From Phycisphaera mikurensis NBRC 102666 (GTDB lineage: Bacteria > Planctomycetota > Phycisphaerae > Phycisphaerales > Phycisphaeraceae), in assembly GCF_000284115.1 (NCBI RefSeq), contig NC_017080.1, forward strand, positions 60,001-92,000: a stretch of 32,000 nucleotides of DNA, given 5' to 3'. The translations under genes were made by a program, and so were the position numbers. Position 1 is the stretch's first letter; each line of letters opens with the position of its first letter. This document shows positions 9,480 through 18,933 of this stretch, in pieces. The notes below the pieces were generated by a model. The model saw only the letters and a program-made list of their open reading frames with translations, made no database searches and had not been told where the DNA came from.

Positions 9480-10489
9480 GCCTGCGTCCGCCCGCTGTGA
9501 CGCTCCAAGCGCAACGCTTCGGCGATCCGGCGGCCGATCTCGGGGGACATGCGGGCCTTGCCCTCATCGTTGAGGTGATAGGTGTCGCGGAACCAAGCGT
9601 GCCGATCGAGCGGCTCGCCCACGTCCACGAATACGACCCCGCTTGCGACGCATGCCCGCCGCAAATCCGCCCGGAAGGCGTCGTAGCTCCAGCCCGGCCG
9701 GAAGCGCTCGCGGAAGCGGATGTGCTCGTCGGTCACCGGCATCAGCACCAGCACCGGCGGCGGAAGCCCCGCGTCCGCGGACAGCCGCCGCAGAGCCGAG
9801 ATCGAGTCGAGGTCCGGCTCGAAGTCCCGAAACAGCCGATCGTGGTTCCCATCGTTGTCGCGGATCGGCCGGCCGTCGTAGGTGCCGGTGCCCTTGCGGA
9901 CGACGAAGTCGAGACTGAAACGGCCTCGGAGCATCGACTTCGCGAAGCCGGAGAGGAACTGCCGCACCCGCGGCCCATTTCCCACCAGGCGCACGTTCTC
10001 TCGCACCCAGGGCACGCGGCTCGGCTGGTAGTTGAGGTACTTCTGCGAACGCTCCGCGCGGAGGCCGTGAAGGTTCAGATCGTCCACGGTCACGAAGATC
10101 ACCACGCGCAGAGGGGAATCGAGGCGGTCGAGGTACATCCGCAGGAGCGACATACTCCCGGCCAAGGACGCGGAGCCATGCGGGAGCGGCCATGCCGGGG
10201 CCCCCAGCTCACGCGCCACCTCTCCGGCATCGAGGCCTTCCGCGAGGGTGCTGTTCCCGAGCAGCCAGAAGGCGTCAGCGAAGTCCCGCCCTTCCATCTC
10301 CGCGAGGCGGCTGTTGACCAGCCCGTCGAAGGAGCTTGGCGGGGGGATCCAGGCGGAGCGTTCGAACCACCGCACGCACGCTTCGGCGGCGGCCAGTAGC
10401 AGCACCGCGAGCAAAAGGCCCGCTCCAAGGCGGCGTGCGGGAGCGCGGCGCTCAGAATTGGAAGTAGATGAAGGGGGCATCGACATCAC
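9437..10489 (-). CDS. SGNH-hydrolase-like protein, probable partner of the MBOAT acyltransferase
   Basis: Single N-terminal TM (LGAGLLLAVLLLAAAEACVRWF), block-I-like FWLLGNSTLAEGLD, and terminal catalytic-type WFRDTYHLNDEGKARMSPEI. Overlaps the MBOAT stop by about 38 nt. Confidence 0.75.
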   Translation of the reverse strand: MMSMPPSSTSNSERRAPARRLGAGLLLAVLLLAAAEACVRWFERSAWIPPPSSFDGLVNSRLAEMEGRDFADAFWLLGNSTLAEGLDAGEVARELGAPAWPLPHGSASLAGSMSLLRMYLDRLDSPLRVVIFVTVDDLNLHGLRAERSQKYLNYQPSRVPWVRENVRLVGNGPRVRQFLSGFAKSMLRGRFSLDFVVRKGTGTYDGRPIRDNDGNHDRLFRDFEPDLDSISALRRLSADAGLPPPVLVLMPVTDEHIRFRERFRPGWSYDAFRADLRRACVASGVVFVDVGEPLDRHAWFRDTYHLNDEGKARMSPEIGRRIAEALRLERHSGRTQAQADPNPGSRRQSS

Positions 10490-11900
10490 TTTGGTAGAGG
10501 CACATCACGAGCACCAGGAAGGCGTAGAAAACGCCGCGGAGCGGCCACACCCAGCCCCGGACGAAGACGTGACGGCCCGTGAGGCGTTGCGGCACGTCGA
10601 GCAGCAACACCAGGGTGAGCGGGAACGCAACCGACGACGCAACCTGCACCCAAGGTCCGGCTCGAAGGGGGATCGAACCGAGGCCCCAGAGGAAGGCAAA
10701 GGAATCCGCGAGATGGGCCGCGCGGAAAAACACCCAGCAAATCATCACGAGAGTCATCGTCAGGAGCCAGGAAGCGGCGGCCCAAGCGAGGCCGGCCACG
10801 ACACCTAGACCGCGGGCCGGGGCTGGCCCGTCGTCAGGAAGCGGACGCCACTCCCGAAAGGCCTTGTGCACGCATAGCGCGACGCCGTGGAGCCCACCCC
10901 AAACGACGAAGTTCCAGCTCGCGCCATGCCAAAGGCCGCCGAGGAGCATGGTGGCGAGGAGGTTGAGGTAAGTCCGCAGGCGGCCGCACCGATTCCCGCC
11001 GAGCGGGATGTAGAGATAATCGCGCAGCCACGTTGAGAGCGAGACGTGCCAACGCCGCCAAAACTCGGTGACGGAACGTGACAGGTACGGCTGCTCGAAG
11101 TTTCGCATCAGCTCGATGCCGAAGCACCTCGAGACGCCCCGCGCGATGTCTGTGTACCCCGAGAAGTCTCCGTAGATCTGGATGGTGAACAGAAGGATCC
11201 CGGTGGCCAGGGTTGTCCACGAGGCGTCGCCGGGCGACGTGAACGCCTGCTGCACCAGCGGGGCGACGGCGTCGGCCACCGCGATCTTCTTGAACAGCCC
11301 TGTGAGGATCAGGAAAGCGCCGCCAGCGAGCTGCTCCGCGTCGACCCGCCGAGGCGACTCGAACTGGTGAAACATGTGCTGGGCCCGCTCAATGGGACCG
11401 GCGACGAGCTGAGGGAAGTAAGCGACGTAGAGGGCGACGTCGATCAGGTCTCGCCGCGCCTCAACGCGGCCGCGGAACACGTCGACGGTGTAAGCGATGG
11501 TCTGGAAGGTGTAGAACGAGATCCCGACCGGAAGAATGACCTCCAGGAGCGGCAGGTTCGCTTCAAGACCCAGCGATCCGAGCGTCGAGGCGGCGCTGTC
11601 GATGAAAAAGTTCCAGTATTTGAAGAATCCCAGGATTCCCAAGTTCGAGAGCAGGCTGACGCCCAGGAGGGCCCGTCGCCGCGCTCGGTGCGAAGGACTG
11701 GTTGCCGCCAGAAGCCGCGCGACGATGTAGTCAACCCCCGTCGAAAAGAGCAGCAGCGAGCAAAAACGCCAGTCCCACCAGCCATAGAAGGCGTAGCTGG
11801 CTAGCAGCAGCCACAGATTCTGCGCCCGACGCCCGATGCCCTGATAAACGATCCACACTGCGAGGAAGAACCACGCGAAGATCCAGGAGTTGAAGACCAA
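10452..11900 (-). CDS. MBOAT-family O-acyltransferase (AlgI/DltB-like)
   Basis: MVFNSWIFAWFFLAVWIVY...QNLWLLLASYAFYGWWDWRF..., GYTDIARGVSRCFGIELMRNFEQPY, GLWHGASWNFVVWGGLHG with the conserved His. Confidence 0.96.
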   Translation of the reverse strand: MVFNSWIFAWFFLAVWIVYQGIGRRAQNLWLLLASYAFYGWWDWRFCSLLLFSTGVDYIVARLLAATSPSHRARRRALLGVSLLSNLGILGFFKYWNFFIDSAASTLGSLGLEANLPLLEVILPVGISFYTFQTIAYTVDVFRGRVEARRDLIDVALYVAYFPQLVAGPIERAQHMFHQFESPRRVDAEQLAGGAFLILTGLFKKIAVADAVAPLVQQAFTSPGDASWTTLATGILLFTIQIYGDFSGYTDIARGVSRCFGIELMRNFEQPYLSRSVTEFWRRWHVSLSTWLRDYLYIPLGGNRCGRLRTYLNLLATMLLGGLWHGASWNFVVWGGLHGVALCVHKAFREWRPLPDDGPAPARGLGVVAGLAWAAASWLLTMTLVMICWVFFRAAHLADSFAFLWGLGSIPLRAGPWVQVASSVAFPLTLVLLLDVPQRLTGRHVFVRGWVWPLRGVFYAFLVLVMCLYQSDVDAPFIYFQF

Positions 11901-11903
11901 GAC

Positions 11904-12525
11904 TCACGCCTCCCGGGGTGTCGCGGGTGCCCGAAGCGCCCGATCGTGGCCGGCTCCACGCTCCAGCGTGACCGCCTCCCGGCCGGGCCGCTTCTTCAGC
12001 GGCCTGCACGGGGAGCCAACGTACACCGTCCAGGGCTCGAGGCTGCGGAAAGCTCCTCCGCGGGCTCCCAGAATCGCGCCTTCGCCGATCGTCACGCCGG
12101 GACCCACGAAGGCATCGGTGGCCACCCAGGCGTCGTCACCGATCTCGATCGGAGGGCGAAGCATCGGCATGGAGGCCGGCCGGGTGTAGTCGTGACTGCC
12201 GGCGCACAGCTTGCAGAAGTGGCTCAGCGTCACGCGCTTGCCCACCGTCACCGGGCCGAGGCAGTAGAACCAGACCTCTTCTCCCGTGGCCGTGTCATCG
12301 CCCACCGAGAGGTTCCAAGGGCACATGAAGCGGCATGTGCGGCGGATCTTCGTTGTTGGATGCACGTCCGCGCCGAAGCAGCGCAGCAGGAAGGCACGCC
12401 AGCGGTACCAAGTCGGCCAAGTCAGCCGGAAGAGAGTCGCCTCCACCAGAGCCCATAGCATGCGTCTTGCCTTCTCACGGAAGGTGAAGGGGCTTCGGTG
12501 TCGGTCCGCTTCCATATTGATGCAC
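11904..12525 (-). CDS. WcaF-like left-handed beta-helix acetyltransferase
   Basis: LWALVEATLFRLTWPTWYRWRAFLLRCFGADV...CKLCAGSHDY...PPIEIGDDAWVATDAFVGPGVTIGEGAILGARGG; start at MEADRH is tentative. Confidence 0.88.
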
Positions 12526-12596
12526 GCATTCTCTAGCCTGACCGCCCCGTGAGCTTCGCGGGAGATCAGCGCCGCCCCTCTCAACGCAGACGCGAC

Positions 12597-13568
12597 ATGC
12601 CACGATACGGACTCCTCACCTACGAAACCGCCAATCTCGGGGATGACGTGCAGAGCCTTGCGGCTCGTCAATACCTCCCTCGGGTCGACGAGCTGGTGAA
12701 TCGTGACGCACTTGGCCGCAGCGCCGAAGGTGATCCGCTGACGATGATTATGAACGGCTGGTGGCTCCAGAATCACGCCGACTGGCCGCCGCCCGAGCGG
12801 ATCTCCCCGCTCTACGTCGCCTTCCATGCCGCCAAACATGCGCGGAAGTCACTGACCTCCGAGGCCTCGCTCAACCACCTGCGGGCCCATGCGCCAGTCG
12901 GGTGCCGCGATCAGAAGACCCTGGAGCTGCTAGAGGGCTGCGGCGTCGAGGCATACAAGTCCGCTTGCCTGACCCTGACGCTGCGCCGGCCCGACCCGGG
13001 TGCATCACGCCGTGGGACCGTCTTCTGCGATCCCTTCGGTCACGACGTGAAGTACCGGTTCCATCGGAAGGGAGAGGCGAAGTACGAAGCCTGGCTGAAG
13101 CAGCTGGGGCGTGGTCGGAACTTCGACGACGCGACGCACCTCACCAACGAGATCGATCCCACGATGCCCGCCGAGCGTCGCTACGCGCTCGCGGAGGAGC
13201 ACCTCGCTCGCTTCGCCAACGCGGAGCTGGTGGTGACCTGCCGGATCCACTGCGCCCTGCCCTGCCTCGCATTCGGAACACCGGTGCTCTTCCTGATCCC
13301 GCGTCGTGGAAGCGACATGTTCCTCGGGGGCCTCGTCGGATGGCTGCGTTGGCGGCTGAGAGGGAACGCCCTCTCAGACAAACGTTTCCCGGGCCTGGTC
13401 GACCTGATGCACCACCGCCGGCTCCAAGACGTCGAGTCTGGCACGGCGGCTCCGTTCGACTTCGACCAGCCCCCCGCCAACCCCGTGCCGATCGAGCCCA
13501 TCGCCGGCCCCTTGCGGGAGCGGTGCGAAGCCTTCATCGCGGCCGCCGAAGCATCCTCGGAGGCCTGA
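12597..13568 (+). CDS. polysaccharide pyruvyl transferase family protein
   Basis: [28 protein letters not shown]... with C-terminal [23 protein letters not shown]. Confidence 0.87.
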
Positions 13569-13570
13569 CG

Positions 13571-14728
13571 GTGGACCGCCCCCTCCGGCTCGTCCACGCT
13601 GTGCCCTCGTGGTGTCACAGCGCCTATCGAGCAACAGGCGTCTCGCGAGCCGCCTGGGATCTCGCCGACGCCCTCGCCGAGGCGGGGCACCACGTTGACG
13701 TCGTCTGCCCGGAGGTGGATCTCGCAGAACGCTTCGTGCCGCCGGCGGAGCGGGTCTTCCGGGATGGACGCCTCAAGGTCCACACGGTTCCGGAGGCCCG
13801 CACCACCCGTTTCGGGACCGGCCGGAACGGCTTGGATGCGGTGGCGACTCCGCTCATCCAGCAGGCCGACCTTGTGCACGTACACGCCTTCTTCAGCCCG
13901 TGGAGCGACCGGGCGGCGCGGCTTGCCCAATCCACGCGGACGCCTTACGTCGTCCAGCCCCACGGGAAGCTCTCGCCCTCGATGCTCGCCTCTCAGCGGC
14001 GTGCCAAGGCGGTCTACCTCGGCCTCTACGGAAAACGCCTGCTCACGCGGGCCTCTGCGGTGATCGTTCTCGCGGAGGGCATTGCGGACTCCGTGCACCG
14101 CTGGCTTCCCGAGGCCCGTCTGGAGGTCTGCCCAAACGGGTTGAGCCCCGAGGAATACGCCGAGCCGCCAGCCGATCGGCCTACGAATCATCCCTATCTC
14201 CTCTATCTGGGCCTGATCGACCCACGCAAGCGAATCGATCTTTTGTTGGAGGCGATGCCGACGGTCCTTGCGCAGCGGCCGGGGTTGCGCCTGGCCTTGG
14301 TGGGCGGGGACCGGTATGGGCACCTGCCGGACCTGCAGCCACAAATTGATGCGCTGGGCGATGCCGTTCTGCTCCCTGGCCACGTCTCCGGTGAGACGAA
14401 GCTCCAGTGGCTCCACCACGCGGAGGCATTTGCGCTCGCCTCGGACGGCGAGGGCCTGAGCCTGTCCATGCTCGAGGCCCTCGCCTGCGGCCTGCCCTGC
14501 CTGCTCAGCCCCGGGTGCAACGCGCCGGAAGTTGAAGAAGCGGGTGCGGGGGAGACCGTCGCTTCAACGCCTTCGGCCTGGGCGGACGCCTTGATCCGCT
14601 GGAGCGACCGGTCGCAGCGCCACCGAGACGCCGGTCGCGCCGCCCAGCGGCTCTTCCAGGAGCGCTTCACGCTTCGAGCGGTTTCCGAACGCATGACCTG
14701 CATCTACAAAGATGTGCTCGCCCGGTGA
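13571..14728 (+). CDS. glycosyltransferase family 4 (probable GTG start)
   Basis: LRLVHAVPSWCHSAYRATGVSRAAWDLADALAEAGHHVDVVCP..., VHVHAFFSPW, VVQPHGKLSP, YLLYLGLIDPRKRIDLLLEAMP, DGEGLSLSMLEALACGLPCLLSPGCN. Confidence 0.93.
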   Translation: MDRPLRLVHAVPSWCHSAYRATGVSRAAWDLADALAEAGHHVDVVCPEVDLAERFVPPAERVFRDGRLKVHTVPEARTTRFGTGRNGLDAVATPLIQQADLVHVHAFFSPWSDRAARLAQSTRTPYVVQPHGKLSPSMLASQRRAKAVYLGLYGKRLLTRASAVIVLAEGIADSVHRWLPEARLEVCPNGLSPEEYAEPPADRPTNHPYLLYLGLIDPRKRIDLLLEAMPTVLAQRPGLRLALVGGDRYGHLPDLQPQIDALGDAVLLPGHVSGETKLQWLHHAEAFALASDGEGLSLSMLEALACGLPCLLSPGCNAPEVEEAGAGETVASTPSAWADALIRWSDRSQRHRDAGRAAQRLFQERFTLRAVSERMTCIYKDVLAR

Positions 14729-15321
14729 ACGACGCCGCGACCTCTGGTCAACCTCTTCACGCGATGGACAAGACCTTCTTCCGGCTAGAGCGAAGCCCCG
14801 CGACACCCGCCGGACGCAAGGCCGTGATCCTGAGGGTCGTGTGGGCCGCCGTTGAACGGACGCTGTTCCGCCTGCCGCTTCCCCGCTGGTTGCGGCTCCG
14901 ACGCCGGCTGCTGCGCCTCTTCGGCGCTTCCTTCGACGGGCACTGCTCCTCCAGAATCCGGGTGTGGTACCCCTGGAAGCTACGGATGGGCCGCCTCTCG
15001 ATGGCGGGCGATCGGGTGACCTTCTACAACCTCGCGCCCATCACCATCGGAGACTCCACCGTCCTGTCCCAAGACGCGTACCTGTGCGCCGGCACGCATG
15101 ACCACCTCGACCCCACCTTCCCGCTGGTGGCGGACCACCGCGCGGCCATCCGCATCGGGAATGGAGTCTGGGTGGCCGCAGGCGCCTTTGTGGGGCCGGG
15201 CGTGACCATCGGCGACAACGCCGTGGTGGCGGCCCGCAGCGTGGTGGTGAAGGACGTGCCGGCCGGGGCCATCGTCGGCGGGAACCCGACACGGATCATC
15301 GGACACCGGCCCGCGGGCTAG
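14725..15321 (+). CDS. WcaF-like left-handed beta-helix acetyltransferase (paralogue of 11904-12525)
   Basis: GTGA overlap with previous stop. VVWAAVERTLFRLPLPRWLRLRRRLLRLFGASF...AAIRIGNGVWVAAGAFVGPGVTIGDNAVVAARSVVVKDVPAGAIVGGNPTRII. Confidence 0.92.
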   Translation: MNDAATSGQPLHAMDKTFFRLERSPATPAGRKAVILRVVWAAVERTLFRLPLPRWLRLRRRLLRLFGASFDGHCSSRIRVWYPWKLRMGRLSMAGDRVTFYNLAPITIGDSTVLSQDAYLCAGTHDHLDPTFPLVADHRAAIRIGNGVWVAAGAFVGPGVTIGDNAVVAARSVVVKDVPAGAIVGGNPTRIIGHRPAG

Positions 15322-16274
15322 GAATCCGCGCCGGCGGTGGCATCGTCGGGCGGTGGCGAGGTGCCCTCGCCGTCTGCGAGCGCCCGAGCGTGCAGCAGGA
15401 TCATCTGCTCGTAGACGCGCAGCATAGATGCGTACGTCCAGCCGGCGCGGCCGTCGAAGACGCCGCGTTGCAGCACCAGCACGATGAGCCATCGAAGCGT
15501 CGGCCGCGCCGGCAGCCGCTGAAACAGCGACTTCACGGCGCGACGCCGGCGGACCCCATCGCTTGACAGCAGCGCAGCCAAGCCCGCGGCCTCGCCTTCC
15601 ACCGCCCGGCGTGCCTGCTCCGCCTCCCGCCGCGCGTACCCGTTGTGCTTCGCGAGCCACGCCTCCATGCCCTTGGCGAAGGCGTGGTGCAGATACGGCT
15701 CGCCGAGCCTCCCGATGCGGCCGCCGGGACGCTCCCGTTGCCCGTGCCCATGGTCGATGAAGCGCATGCGGTCGGCGTGGAAGAACCGCATCTGGAACAC
15801 CGGGTACCCGCCCGCATACCGCAGCCATTGCCTGTGGAGCATCAGCTTGTGGGCGACGTGCAGACCGTCAACTGTATCCGCATCGGGCGACGCGACGAAG
15901 CGACGTATCTCCTCGACGAGCGCGGGCGTGAACTCTTCGTCCGCATCGAGGTGGAAGACCCACTTGTGTCGCGGCTCCGCATGGTCTATCGCCCAATTGC
16001 GTTGCCGGCCAAACGATTCAAACGGATTCGTAAACACGCGTGCTCCCGTGGCTTCCGCGAGCGAGCGCGTTTCGTCGGTGGAGCCCGAATCGACAACGGC
16101 CACGTCGTCGCACCAGCGGCAGCTTGCCAGCGCCGCGGGAAGCGTCCCCGCCTCGTTGTGTGTCAGAAGGACCACCGACACCGGCACCACGCCCCGGTCG
16201 GGGTAGGTCCCCGCGGAGGAGTCGGGTGCCAGGGGCCTATGGAGCGACACGAGGGTCAGGATAATGACCGACAC
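15318..16274 (-). CDS. glycosyltransferase family 2 (WaaE-like)
   Basis: VSVVLLTHNEAGTLPAALASCRWCDDVAVVDSGSTDETRSLAEATGARVFTNPFESFGRQRNWAI...WVFHLDADEEFTP. Confidence 0.93.
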   Translation of the reverse strand: MSVIILTLVSLHRPLAPDSSAGTYPDRGVVPVSVVLLTHNEAGTLPAALASCRWCDDVAVVDSGSTDETRSLAEATGARVFTNPFESFGRQRNWAIDHAEPRHKWVFHLDADEEFTPALVEEIRRFVASPDADTVDGLHVAHKLMLHRQWLRYAGGYPVFQMRFFHADRMRFIDHGHGQRERPGGRIGRLGEPYLHHAFAKGMEAWLAKHNGYARREAEQARRAVEGEAAGLAALLSSDGVRRRRAVKSLFQRLPARPTLRWLIVLVLQRGVFDGRAGWTYASMLRVYEQMILLHARALADGEGTSPPPDDATAGADS

Positions 16275-16351
16275 GCGGTGTCACCGATCTGCCGGAGCGT
16301 TGATCGCCGGTCCTCGGGCGCCGGCACTCCGGCACGCGATAGCCTCCTGGC

Positions 16352-17203
16352 GTGCCCGCTGTCCGCCTGCCGATCTCCATCCTGATCCTCGTGAAGGACG
16401 AGGAGGAGCACCTACCGCTGCTGCTGGAGACTCTCGGCGGATTCGAAGACATCGTGGTGCTCGACTCGATGAGCACCGATGGGACAATTGAGATCGCCGA
16501 GGCCGCCGGATGCAGGGTGGTCCGCCGCCAGTTCGACACGTGGGCGGAGCACCAGAATTGGGCGATGGAGAACATCGAGTTTCGCCACCGGTGGGTCTTC
16601 TACCTCGACGCGGACGAGCGGATGACTGACGCCGTCCGCGGCGAGATTCATCAGATCGCGGCGTCCCCGCAGGAGCCGCCGCCGCACCGGGCGTACTACG
16701 TCGGGCGGGACAACCGCCTCTTCGGCCGCTCGCTCCGGCACGCCATGGGTGGCGGCGTGGTGATGCGCTTCTTCCAACCCGCGCACATCCGCTTTGCGCG
16801 GCGTGTGAACCCGCAGCCTGTTCTTGAGGGGGAGCCCGGCTACCTGCGGAGTCGCTTCATCCATCACCACTTTGCGCGTGGCTTCGCCCAGTGGTTCGAG
16901 AAGCACAACCGCTACGCGGGCTGGGAAGCGCAGGAGTGGATCGAGGCGGTGGACGCAACGCCGCTGCGGTGGAAGCCGCTTTTTGCACGCGACCGGAACA
17001 CGCGGCTACAGGCGATCAAGCGAGCGTCCTTCCACCTGCCCTTCCGCCCGCTGCTCAAGTTTCTGCACATGTACCTCTGGCGGCGAGGCTTCCTTGACGG
17101 AAGCCCGGGCTTCCACTGCTGCGTGCTGATGAGTATTTTTGAGTACATGATCGGGCTCCGGGTCAAGGAGATGCGACGCCGCAGCGCAGGAAAGCCGGTC
17201 TGA
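16352..17203 (+). CDS. glycosyltransferase family 2 (WaaE-like), paralogue of the divergent neighbour
   Basis: PISILILVKDEEEHLPLLLETLGGFEDIVVLDSMSTDGTIEIAEAAGCRVVRRQFDTWAEHQNWAM...WVFYLDADERMTD. Confidence 0.93.
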   Translation: MPAVRLPISILILVKDEEEHLPLLLETLGGFEDIVVLDSMSTDGTIEIAEAAGCRVVRRQFDTWAEHQNWAMENIEFRHRWVFYLDADERMTDAVRGEIHQIAASPQEPPPHRAYYVGRDNRLFGRSLRHAMGGGVVMRFFQPAHIRFARRVNPQPVLEGEPGYLRSRFIHHHFARGFAQWFEKHNRYAGWEAQEWIEAVDATPLRWKPLFARDRNTRLQAIKRASFHLPFRPLLKFLHMYLWRRGFLDGSPGFHCCVLMSIFEYMIGLRVKEMRRRSAGKPV

Positions 17204-17216
17204 CAGAGCGTTGCCG

Positions 17217-18899
17217 TCAGTCGAATGACGATCGCTCCAACGACAGACCTTCCCTCATAAGTCTGAGTGTCTCCAGCCGCCACGCGCTCTTGGGAGACCA
17301 CGACTCGTGCCCCCAGATCGCAACAGCGTCCGCTTCCTCAAGAGCGACTTCGAGTTGCAGGCGCCAGAAGTCGGTGCTGGCGCCTTTCGCGGTCCAGAGG
17401 AAGGCGATGACGGGCTTGCCAGCCTCCTTCGCCTCGTCCAGCATCGCTCGCGCTCGCGACACCCACAGTTCGTGGGTCGGCCTCGCACCAGCTCCCGTGT
17501 CCCACGCGTAGATCGCCGGGAAAATAAGGTCCACCGCGTCCACGAGCCGCTGTGCCTCGCGGTTGAGTTGCTGCTGCGCGGCGAACATGCCCGGATTGGA
17601 AGGTTCGGGATACCGCCTCGCCTGCACGTAAGTGTATTGCGGGAAGATGCCCCAGTAACCGAGGCGGACACCGGGACGTTCCTCGCGGAAGATCTCTAAG
17701 AGGCGAATCAGCCGATCGATCGCGCTAGTGCGTGCTGCACTGTCTTCCGTCAAGACGGGCCAGTGCTCTACATCGAGGCAGTACATCTTCGCCTCGGGAA
17801 GTCGGCGGATGCGTTCGCGTATCTCCGACTCCGGCGGCAAGGTGTCCCAATAACCCGCTTGGCCGCGACGGAAGCCGAGGTGTCCCGGGTAGATGACGTG
17901 GAGTCGCCTCACCGGCAATCCTTCCCAGTCCACTGGCTCATCGAACGCGGTCGCGTCGAAGATCCGATCCGCCCAAGCGGCTGAGTCTGCGGCCTTCGGT
18001 GTCAGGTCAGGATCAACCGCGGAGCTGATCGCATCCGGCGCGGAATCCTGAACCGGAGCGGCGCTCGCCGATCCTGCCGCAGGGAGATGAACCAGCGCCA
18101 CCTCTTCGGATCCGTTGCTCTGCATCGCGGCACCGGCGATGCGTGCTCCCGCGGCTCCCTCCGCCGAACGCTCCGGGTTCGGAAGAGGCACATCGTCTCC
18201 AGCGCCCGCTGTCGATGGTGCCGAACGGGGTCTTGAGCTCGGAGCAGGAGTCGGCAAAGCGCTCAGACCTCCGGACGAGGCATCGCCCGCCGCAGTTCCG
18301 CCACCGGTTGGTGCGGGCTGAGAGACTTGCGTGCCCGGGAGCAGCGCTCCCCTCAACGCACGGGGGGGAGATTGGACCGCTTTCGAAGATCTGCCCGCCA
18401 GCGACGGCGGGGCGTTCCAACGCGGCAAGGCGACGGAGGACCCGGCCACCAACTCCGCTGTGTCGATAGAAGCGAGATTGGGGCGGATCCGATCGAGAGA
18501 AGGAGGCGCCGGCAGCGGGCTCTCCGTTTCCGGCGAGGATTCGCGATCGGGCTCGACGGACGTCCGGACCCGGGGCACCGCGCGAACGTCCGATGCCCCA
18601 TCGGAGCTCTTCGTGGCTCGGGCCTTCGCAAACGGCCGCACCTCTTGCGTCGGGACGAGGGCGGGGACACGGAAGGCGGAGGGGGTGCCCGCCTCCGCTC
18701 GGGCAGAAGCTGGCGGGTGGAACCAGAGCGTCAAGCTGGCGCTGCTGCCCAGCGCGAAGGCCGTGAAGAGACAGACTGCGACATGGTGGTTCACGAGGAC
18801 ACTCCCGACGGCGAACCCTTCGCCATCGGCTCCGCCCGGCGCTCGCTCAAGGTGCATCGAGCGAACACGGCCGGCCTCATTCGGCGCTGTCAGCGTCAC
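17217..18899 (-). CDS. membrane-anchored protein with long low-complexity linker and C-terminal putative TIM-barrel (glycoside-hydrolase-like) domain
   Basis: N-terminal hydrophobic HHVAVCLFTAFALGSSASLTLWF; Ala/Pro/Ser-rich linker; C-terminal RRLHVIYPGHLGF...KMYCLDVEHWPVL...GVRLGYWGIFPQYTY...VDAVDLIFPAIYAWD...GKPVIAFLWTAKG...ADAVAIWGHES. Confidence 0.62.
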   Translation of the reverse strand: MTLTAPNEAGRVRSMHLERAPGGADGEGFAVGSVLVNHHVAVCLFTAFALGSSASLTLWFHPPASARAEAGTPSAFRVPALVPTQEVRPFAKARATKSSDGASDVRAVPRVRTSVEPDRESSPETESPLPAPPSLDRIRPNLASIDTAELVAGSSVALPRWNAPPSLAGRSSKAVQSPPRALRGALLPGTQVSQPAPTGGGTAAGDASSGGLSALPTPAPSSRPRSAPSTAGAGDDVPLPNPERSAEGAAGARIAGAAMQSNGSEEVALVHLPAAGSASAAPVQDSAPDAISSAVDPDLTPKAADSAAWADRIFDATAFDEPVDWEGLPVRRLHVIYPGHLGFRRGQAGYWDTLPPESEIRERIRRLPEAKMYCLDVEHWPVLTEDSAARTSAIDRLIRLLEIFREERPGVRLGYWGIFPQYTYVQARRYPEPSNPGMFAAQQQLNREAQRLVDAVDLIFPAIYAWDTGAGARPTHELWVSRARAMLDEAKEAGKPVIAFLWTAKGASTDFWRLQLEVALEEADAVAIWGHESWSPKSAWRLETLRLMREGLSLERSSFD

Positions 18900-18933
18900 C
18901 GGTCCAGACGTCAGGACCAGTCACCTCCAGTGG

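Noticed and set aside
12761-13570. Extension of the second GT4 ORF through the pyruvyltransferase
   Set aside because: Shadow frame of 12597-13568; the real start is the GTG at 13571.
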